Shown one piece after another: positions 57,511 through 64,000 of a stretch of DNA of 64,000 bases. The stretch is taken from the NCBI GenBank assembly GCA_030680835.1, contig JAUXUD010000004.1, forward strand, positions 32,400 to 96,399, in the 5' to 3' direction. Numbering within the stretch: the first letter of the stretch is position 1; every line of letters begins with the position of its first letter. This DNA is from Bacteroidota bacterium. Its GTDB lineage: Bacteria; Bacteroidota; Bacteroidia; UKL13-3. Made by a program: the position numbers and the translations under genes. The notes beneath the pieces were generated by a model. That model saw only the letters and a program-made list of their open reading frames with translations, had not been told where the DNA came from and ran no database searches.

Positions 57511-57585
57511 GAAAAATACATGTCAGTTCGAGCGTAGTCGTTAACTAATCAGGGTTGCAATAAAACCCAAATGCTTAACTAATTT

Positions 57586-58944
57586 TCAATCCTGTTTTAA
57601 CAGTTTCTGTGTTTTAATGGTGGCAGCATTTTTATCTTTAATGTGAACCAAATATATGCCAGGATTGAGGTTACTGATATCGGCTGCGGAGCTACCTATG
57701 GTTGTATAATTTATACACTGGCGTCCCTGCAAATCGATGATATTAATAAAATATTCCTCAGCAAAAGGTAAATCTATCCTGAGTTCATCTTTTGCAGGAT
57801 TTGGGAAAATTGATATTTCAGGATATTTGGCGCTGCTATCTATGTTGCCAGATGCATCGGTTTTAAACAGATAAGCTCTATTATGTGAGAATAATGGATT
57901 CGTCCAATTTTGTACGAGTCCTGAACCGTAATATCCGCCATCGGCAGCTTGCGACACACTTAAGATGACAGTCCTATCTCTGAAAACTTTACGCCATTCC
58001 ACTTTAAAATTACTGTCGAGTTTAATCAGGGAAGATCCTGCTAAAATAAATCCATTATCACGTGTAGTTGCAAAAGAAAAAATATTTTCATTATAATCAA
58101 TATCTTTAATTCCAACGTAATCCCCATTCTGATTAAATTGAATTACTCCATTTCTAAATTCATGAAGGTTGGTAAAAAAGAAACTATTAAATATATAAAA
58201 ACTTCCATCTTTCTCAATCACATCCCAAAACATTGTTTGAAATCCACTATCTCCTTCACCAAACTTTTGTTCTTTTATTATTTTTCCGGAATTATCTGTT
58301 TTAACAGTAAAAATAAAAGGCGAAGTTAAAATGGTATAACTATTAAGTCCAAAGATCAGGAACCCGCTTTTATCTTTTAATTCAAATAATTTTACTGTAC
58401 TTCCATAATTTTGTTTGAGGGCAATTTCCGTTTTACCCAGGACATCACCATTTAAGCCCCTGAATTCAATAACTGGATGGAAAACGGAATCTGAAAAGTC
58501 CCGGCTGCCATAAGTTAAAAGTTGATTCTTGTATAACTGCCCATAGAATTTATATGCATTACAATCAGTGCAGAAGGTTTGTTTTTTAACCATTCCATTT
58601 TGGTTTAAATTAAAAAGAATATTACCAGTCTGCCCACCATCTCCCAAAACATAAAAAGAACGACCCTTATCCAGAGTAATAAAATCATACAAACGATTTG
58701 AGGGGCTTAGCGTCCATAATAAAGTGCCAAACCTGTTAAATTTTAATAAACTTTGTGACGTTTGAAAACGATACTCCAAAACAAAAAAATCGCCAGTTGC
58801 GGTTTCCTGTATTTTAAAGTATTCATTGTAAACTTCGGGGTCATCAGGGGAAATCCATTCAAAAGTCTGTGCCTCTGTTTTATTAATTGATAAACAAAAC
58901 AGGATGGAAGTAAATATGATTTTTTTCAAAAACCACTTTTTCAT
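57586..58944 (-). CDS. T9SS C-terminal-domain secreted protein (hypothetical, repeat-rich)
   Basis: Signal peptide and a C-terminal Por sorting domain (ISIFPNPAKDELRIDL...IDLQGRQ...GIYLVHIKD). Confidence 0.6.
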   Translation of the reverse strand: MKKWFLKKIIFTSILFCLSINKTEAQTFEWISPDDPEVYNEYFKIQETATGDFFVLEYRFQTSQSLLKFNRFGTLLWTLSPSNRLYDFITLDKGRSFYVLGDGGQTGNILFNLNQNGMVKKQTFCTDCNAYKFYGQLYKNQLLTYGSRDFSDSVFHPVIEFRGLNGDVLGKTEIALKQNYGSTVKLFELKDKSGFLIFGLNSYTILTSPFIFTVKTDNSGKIIKEQKFGEGDSGFQTMFWDVIEKDGSFYIFNSFFFTNLHEFRNGVIQFNQNGDYVGIKDIDYNENIFSFATTRDNGFILAGSSLIKLDSNFKVEWRKVFRDRTVILSVSQAADGGYYGSGLVQNWTNPLFSHNRAYLFKTDASGNIDSSAKYPEISIFPNPAKDELRIDLPFAEEYFINIIDLQGRQCINYTTIGSSAADISNLNPGIYLVHIKDKNAATIKTQKLLKQD

Positions 58945-58975
58945 GATGCAATTTACCTGTTTTTACAATTAAAAA

Positions 58976-59014
58976 AATAACCCCTGACAACAATCATGTT
59001 ATCCGGGGTTATTC
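58976..59014 (-). terminator. Rho-independent terminator for the 59060..62569 gene
   Basis: aataacccc / ggggttatt stem. On the minus strand it is followed by a T7 run (plus strand caattaaaaaaa). Confidence 0.55.
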
Positions 59015-59033
59015 ACTCGTTTTTTATTTTCTT

Positions 59034-59049
59034 CCCGATAGCTATCGGG
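59034..59049. promoter_or_regulatory. 16-bp perfect palindrome cccgatagctatcggg immediately after the stop of the large T9SS gene
   Basis: Exact self-complement. Confidence 0.5.
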
Positions 59050-59059
59050 ATCCTACTTC

Positions 59060-62000
59060 CTAATTCGCCCTAATCACTTTATAGGAAAGGCTTTCATTGC
59101 CCTGAGAGATAATTACAAAATATACACCTGAGGCGAGTTTATCAAGCTCGTTTATACTGTATTCGTTATTGCCGTTTATGGTTTCAAATGATTTGCTTAG
59201 TAAAATCCGGCCTGCCATATCCATTAACTTAATGCTGGTTGTTGCAGCAGTGGCAGAATGAATTTTTATTGTTAAATCTTTTGTAAACGGATTGGGTTCA
59301 ACGCTTGCATTTAATGTATTTAAATTGTTTTCAATATTTACGTTGATAATATTCGAATAGGTTTTGGTTCCGTTAAAATCGTACTGAGCCAAACGATAAA
59401 ATAAAACCGAGCTGTTATTCAATTTGGCAAATGAATATGCATTTTCATCTGTTTGATTATATTCCGTTAGGGTATTGCTATTGCCCTGGCCTTTTACTTT
59501 ATTGCCAATGGCATCAAAATATTTGCTACCTGCCGAGCGTTCAACGATAAAATAATCATTATTCATTTCACTTGCGGTAATCCAGTTGAGTTTAACTGCA
59601 TGCGTTGATTTTGTGCCTGAAAATGAAAGCAGTTCAACCGGTAAGGTTCCTGCACCCGTTCCGCTTCCCACTGTGAAAGGTGAAAATGCGGTAATACCCG
59701 AGCGGGATTGCACATAAGGATTGGTACCAGCTGGAGCGCCCGCATTTCCCGACGACCATGTGCTACCAGTATAACGTGCAATATAACTTTGACTGCGGTT
59801 AAAACCTGCCATTTCATCGGTACCATTCCACTGGGCTGTTACCGTTGCATTGCTGCCACCTGCAGTGGATTCATTGATGATCCAGCTTCGGTTCACAGCA
59901 TTAAATAACACTTTACTTCCGGTAGGTGTTGAGCCTGTGTACGTATAAGTTACACTATCAATAACCCGCACACTAAAATGATCGGCTGTGCCGGTATTAT
60001 TAATTGTTATAGGATTGTATGAACTATTTCCAACAGGGAATAAAACGGCACCTGTTCTTTGTCCTGAACCAATATTTTGTATGGTTAAGTAGCCTGCAGT
60101 TCCATTACTGCAAACATAACGGGTAAATGTGGCGCCTGTAATTTTTGATGCAGTTCCATTAAGGGTTAGGTTATTTCCATTTAAATTCAGGTTGCCGTTG
60201 GTAAAAATTAATGAATCGGTGATAATGGCATTTCCGTTTAATGATACGCCTGCAGCATTTGCTACTTCAATCCGTGCATAACTGGTTCCTGAAATGGTTT
60301 GCGCTGAAGAGCCTGTAAATGCAATGGTTCCGTTGGTATGGCTCAAGGTACCATTTACGATTAAATTGCCATCCATTGACAAAAATGAAGCTGCATTATT
60401 CAATGTTAAAGTGGCACCTGTACCGATTGTAATATTATTTGCAGTATTAAATGCATTGCTAATTACCGGCATGTTTGAAGGGCCTGAACTGATACTCACA
60501 TCATCGCTGGCAATGGGTACACGTGAGCATCCCCAGTTGGAGGGCAATGTCCAGGATGTGCTGGTACCCAGCCACGCATTGGTATTGTTTACGGTTATTT
60601 GAACAGCTGCTGATGTATCACTGTTAACAGATATTGCCACACGTCTGAACCAGGTTGTAGCTGTTAAGGATGCTGGCTGATAATTCTGCGTTGTATTGGT
60701 TCCTGCCGCTGCTGAAAAACCTGTTGTTGCATTTGTGGTTGAACTTAACCACAAATAGGTAAAAGCTCCCGTACCTCCTGAGGGTATTGAGCCATTGAGT
60801 TGATTGGGAACAGAATTGGAACAGATGGATTGTGCTCCCGAAATGGTATTTGAAGTGACAGGTGGAACCGGGTCAACAGTACATTCGATCATGGATCGTC
60901 CGTTATATTGCTGATTGGGTGCAACAGCTGCTCCTGTTGGAAAATAATAACTTACTTCAGGCCTGGGCGGGTAGCTAGTAGTTCCATCACCTTCGCTCTG
61001 GTATATGTTTAAGTAAGAACCTGGAGTTGCCGTACTTGTAATTACATTAATCCCCGCATAAAAATTGGTATTTGTAATTACCGGCTGCGGAGATAGGATG
61101 GGTAAGGTAACATAAGATCCCATATCGGAACTGCCTAAATTATAAGTTGCTGAAGTACCCACAATGGTATTTGTTGAATCGATAACAACTCCTGTTATGG
61201 GAACTCCCACCGCATTTGAATTGGCAGGAATAAAGAATCGTACATTGGTAATCAGGCGTGAACCGCTCACCTTGTATTTACAGGCATAAATCTGAACAAT
61301 GCTGCCATTGGAACCGGCGAATGACCGGGTAGTATCAGTGTATCCCAGATTTCGGTTGCTTACCGACATGCTGTATGAATATGAATTATTGGTAAGGTTG
61401 TCATCAGACGGAACCGAAATGGTTAAGAGGTTTGAACCGGTATTGGCAGGAGTATATGCAGGGAAACTCACAATGGTACTGGTTCCCGGTGCCAGGTAAC
61501 TAATGGTACTGGTTGTGGTATAGGTATTTGTGCCGCTTACCGTAAGTGTTACTACCAAACTGGTTTGTGCATTCAGTCCCGGATTGGTAATTTTAGCAGT
61601 GATGGAATCACCCACAAAAGCAGGGATTGCTACTTTACCCATGGATCGTACTTCAACCACAGCAGCATCATTATACACAACCGGACCAAAATGATAAACC
61701 CTTCCGATATCCGGTGCAGGACGTGAAGTAACTACATTGTTGCCAAAATTAAGTGCATTCACCGTATAGTTTCCAAGGGGTGTACCGGTGCTTTGCGAGT
61801 TGGGAGTTGCGGAACCCCATGCAACAGCAGAGCCTTTGGTTACCGTGAGACAGCGTGCGCCCGTTGAAGAATTGTTTCCCTTAATTCCACATGCCCCAAA
61901 GCGAGCCTGTGAGGTATTTGCAGAAGACACCCAGCGACCGTAAACGAACTCTATGGCATTGGTGCCTTCAAATAATTTTAACTGAAAATTGATAGTATCA

Positions 62001-62569
62001 TATTGTGTATAAATAGGAGCGGGAGATGCGCCCTGGGTAGTAATAAAAAGATATTTATCACTCAGGTTTTTCCATTGAATGGTGCAAACCTTTGTACCCG
62101 GTGAACCGGTTGTAGAAACTCTGAAATCTGCTGTTCCGGTTCCGAGTGAAGTGCTGCTTAAATTGCAGGGCCATAAATTATTTCCCATTGGAAATATCAG
62201 GCTCGTATCTTCGGGATACGTTGAATTAAACGGACCTCCCAGAGGGGGCTGGTTGTAAGCGCTGAAGTTCATATTGGTATCGGCTGATACCAATCCGCTT
62301 CCCAGTTTAATAAAACCATCCACATACATGGTAAATGAATCGTAAGCGGATGAATTAAAGTTAAACGTGAACCCAATGGGTAAAGCCGCCACAGAGTGAC
62401 CACTGTCGTTGTGGGTCATGGTAATTGCAGTACCTGTTGTTCCCAAATCAACATACGTACTTGAAAATGTACTGAAGCCTGCCTGCAGATAATTAAGCTG
62501 GGCAGTACCCATTTTTACCGTTAACAGAAGCAGACCTAAAATAAAATAGTTAGTAAGTTTTTTTTTCAT
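59060..62569 (-). CDS. Large T9SS cargo protein (adhesin/Ig-like repeat surface protein, hypothetical)
   Basis: 1169 aa. Signal peptide, Thr/Ser/Gly/Asn-rich beta-repeat sequence, and a C-terminal Por domain (SVEPNPFTKDLTIKI...MDMAGRILL...GVYFVIISQ). Confidence 0.65.
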   Translation of the reverse strand: MKKKLTNYFILGLLLLTVKMGTAQLNYLQAGFSTFSSTYVDLGTTGTAITMTHNDSGHSVAALPIGFTFNFNSSAYDSFTMYVDGFIKLGSGLVSADTNMNFSAYNQPPLGGPFNSTYPEDTSLIFPMGNNLWPCNLSSTSLGTGTADFRVSTTGSPGTKVCTIQWKNLSDKYLFITTQGASPAPIYTQYDTINFQLKLFEGTNAIEFVYGRWVSSANTSQARFGACGIKGNNSSTGARCLTVTKGSAVAWGSATPNSQSTGTPLGNYTVNALNFGNNVVTSRPAPDIGRVYHFGPVVYNDAAVVEVRSMGKVAIPAFVGDSITAKITNPGLNAQTSLVVTLTVSGTNTYTTTSTISYLAPGTSTIVSFPAYTPANTGSNLLTISVPSDDNLTNNSYSYSMSVSNRNLGYTDTTRSFAGSNGSIVQIYACKYKVSGSRLITNVRFFIPANSNAVGVPITGVVIDSTNTIVGTSATYNLGSSDMGSYVTLPILSPQPVITNTNFYAGINVITSTATPGSYLNIYQSEGDGTTSYPPRPEVSYYFPTGAAVAPNQQYNGRSMIECTVDPVPPVTSNTISGAQSICSNSVPNQLNGSIPSGGTGAFTYLWLSSTTNATTGFSAAAGTNTTQNYQPASLTATTWFRRVAISVNSDTSAAVQITVNNTNAWLGTSTSWTLPSNWGCSRVPIASDDVSISSGPSNMPVISNAFNTANNITIGTGATLTLNNAASFLSMDGNLIVNGTLSHTNGTIAFTGSSAQTISGTSYARIEVANAAGVSLNGNAIITDSLIFTNGNLNLNGNNLTLNGTASKITGATFTRYVCSNGTAGYLTIQNIGSGQRTGAVLFPVGNSSYNPITINNTGTADHFSVRVIDSVTYTYTGSTPTGSKVLFNAVNRSWIINESTAGGSNATVTAQWNGTDEMAGFNRSQSYIARYTGSTWSSGNAGAPAGTNPYVQSRSGITAFSPFTVGSGTGAGTLPVELLSFSGTKSTHAVKLNWITASEMNNDYFIVERSAGSKYFDAIGNKVKGQGNSNTLTEYNQTDENAYSFAKLNNSSVLFYRLAQYDFNGTKTYSNIINVNIENNLNTLNASVEPNPFTKDLTIKIHSATAATTSIKLMDMAGRILLSKSFETINGNNEYSINELDKLASGVYFVIISQGNESLSYKVIRAN

Positions 62570-62741
62570 AGCGTTTTACATTTATAATACAGAGTTAGTA
62601 AAAAGTATTGAAATGAAATACTATTTTTTTTAAACAGATAATTTAATCTAAAAATCATCAGGTAAAAAAGTATTTTCTATAATATTGTAAAAACCAATTC
62701 ATCATCTCATACTTCATTCCTCATACTTCATACCTAAATAT

Positions 62742-63215
62742 ATGAAAGAACATCATTACAAAGCAAAAATAACCTGGACCGGCAATATAGGAGAAGGCAC
62801 AAGGAGTTATCAAACATATAGCCGCAACCATATCATCAGCATTACGCATAAGCCAGATATATTGGGTTCATCCGATCCGGTTTTTTTGGGCGATATAAGC
62901 AGGTACAATCCTGAGGAAATGCTGGTGGCATCTTTGTCAGCCTGTCATATGCTCTGGTATTTACATCTTTGCAGCGAAAGGCATATTGTTGTTGTTGATT
63001 ATGCAGATCATGCTACCGGTACAATGATCGAATCAACGGATGGGGGAGGCCGGTTTAAGGAAGTTATTCTCAACCCAATTGTAATGATAAATAATCCGAA
63101 ACAAATTGATTTGGCAATTTCAGTTCATAATGATGCGCATCATAAATGTTTTATTGCAAATTCATGCAATTTTCCGGTAATTATTCATCCTGTTTGTCTG
63201 GTTCAGGGAGCATAA
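62742..63215 (+). CDS. OsmC/Ohr family protein (peroxiredoxin-like)
   Basis: NPEEMLVASLSACHMLWYLHLC is the family-typical Cys-containing helix. 157 aa. Confidence 0.65.
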   Translation: MKEHHYKAKITWTGNIGEGTRSYQTYSRNHIISITHKPDILGSSDPVFLGDISRYNPEEMLVASLSACHMLWYLHLCSERHIVVVDYADHATGTMIESTDGGGRFKEVILNPIVMINNPKQIDLAISVHNDAHHKCFIANSCNFPVIIHPVCLVQGA

Positions 63216-63309
63216 AAAATTAACATGAACCAATCCAATAATTGAATTATTAAAGTTTTCATAATAGTTCATAAAGTCTCGAATTTTTACCGGTTTCAGA
63301 CGAAACAAA

Positions 63310-63819
63310 TTGGCCGATTTCCTAAATTTGAATACACAAATAATCAATACGATTATGAATGATTCATTAAGAGTTGGTCAGTTTATGACCAGTAATATTG
63401 TTGTTGGAAGCCTGCAAAGTAAATTAAGCGATATCATATTTTTTTTCACCAAAAACAGAATAAGGCATTTGCCTATTACAAACAATGAAGCATTGGTTGG
63501 AATGGTGAGTACCACTGATATTTTAGAACTAATTCAGCAAAAATTAGAATCAAATGAATGTTTTACATTTGACACTTTGAATAATCAAATAAATATAGAA
63601 CAAATCATGAGCAAAAACCCTGTTTCGGTTCAGCCTGATACGCCAATAAGTGATGCGTTAAAGATAATGCAGGATGAAGAAATTGGTGCATTGCCTGTTA
63701 CCGAAAATGGGAATATTGCAGGTATAATTACCAGGAAAGATCTGGTGGACATTTTTTCTAAAGAGTTAAATCCCCCGCATATTGCATATACCATTGAAAG
63801 TCCGGGTTATGGAATTTAA
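63310..63819 (+). CDS. CBS domain pair protein
   Basis: Two CBS-like segments (HLPITNNEALVGMVSTTDI; ALPVTENGNIAGIITRKDL). Confidence 0.6.
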   Translation: MADFLNLNTQIINTIMNDSLRVGQFMTSNIVVGSLQSKLSDIIFFFTKNRIRHLPITNNEALVGMVSTTDILELIQQKLESNECFTFDTLNNQINIEQIMSKNPVSVQPDTPISDALKIMQDEEIGALPVTENGNIAGIITRKDLVDIFSKELNPPHIAYTIESPGYGI

Positions 63820-63911
63820 AATTTGCAGAGATTCGGGGATATTATCTGAATCCTGATATAAAATATTTTCACTTCGCCTATATTTGGCAAATAAAGAGTG
63901 TGAAAATAAAG

Positions 63912-64000
63912 AATGATTCAGGATATAATAAAAGCCCAATTAGCTAATGCCCTTCAACAGCTTTACAAGGCGGATGCGGGTTCACAGGGAATTGTAATTG
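63912..64000 (+). CDS. 5' end of a CDS running off the window (possibly an aminoacyl-tRNA ligase N-terminal domain)
   Basis: ATG then MIQDIIKAQLANALQQLYKADAGSQGIVI in open frame to the window end. Too short to assign. Confidence 0.2.

Noticed and set aside
62690-62741. Direct repeat ctcatacttcat x2 upstream of the OsmC gene, and a similar ctcatac motif at 20160..20175
   Set aside because: Short AT-rich repeats. The similarity between the two sites is too weak and their orientations relative to the genes differ, so it is likely chance or promoter-region composition.

Overview
Probable Bacteroidota-type chromosome segment, about 40% GC, with four T9SS (Por) C-terminal sorting-domain cargo genes. 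Typical Bacteroidota intergenic hairpins occur throughout. No rRNA, tRNA or CRISPR was seen. The dominant feature is a roughly 24.7 kb unidirectional minus-strand array of 20 genes (594..25257). It looks like an anaerobic aromatic-acid catabolic island. The array starts with a four-gene class I ATP-dependent benzoyl-CoA reductase-like operon in bcrCBAD order (two HgdAB-like subunits plus two unequal ASKHA ATPases). Next come an ADP-forming acyl-CoA synthetase, an orphan HgdB/YjiM-like dehydratase subunit, an unusual ketopantoate-reductase(ApbA/PanE)-activase fusion, and a small remnant like the C-terminus of an AMP-forming CoA ligase. Then a thiolase, a Zn-ADH, two crotonases (one long, BamA/Oah-like) and a HAD-crotonase fusion. 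The array ends with a heme A synthase homolog, MocA, XdhC, an SDR, a fused small+large subunit xanthine-dehydrogenase-family Mo enzyme, an FAD subunit carrying a Cys-rich insertion (4-hydroxybenzoyl-CoA-reductase-like) and a hemerythrin. The bcr intercistronic spacers each carry a distinct perfect palindrome, one of them a 9-copy TACATYG array. Downstream on the plus strand are a Cu/Ag-type HME-RND efflux set with an HMA chaperone, pdxH, a SulP plus beta-carbonic anhydrase pair divergent from a TetR gene with an operator-like inverted repeat, a P-type cation ATPase, several secreted/OM proteins (a PKD lipoprotein, two c-type cytochromes, a porin, a BNR T9SS protein) and a ~605 bp non-coding foldback (MITE-like) element with ~200 bp imperfect inverted arms. 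A complete nine-gene heme operon follows (hemA-C-D-E-B-L-N-H-J), then a G-rich 16-bp tandem repeat, two large T9SS cargo genes, OsmC and a CBS protein.
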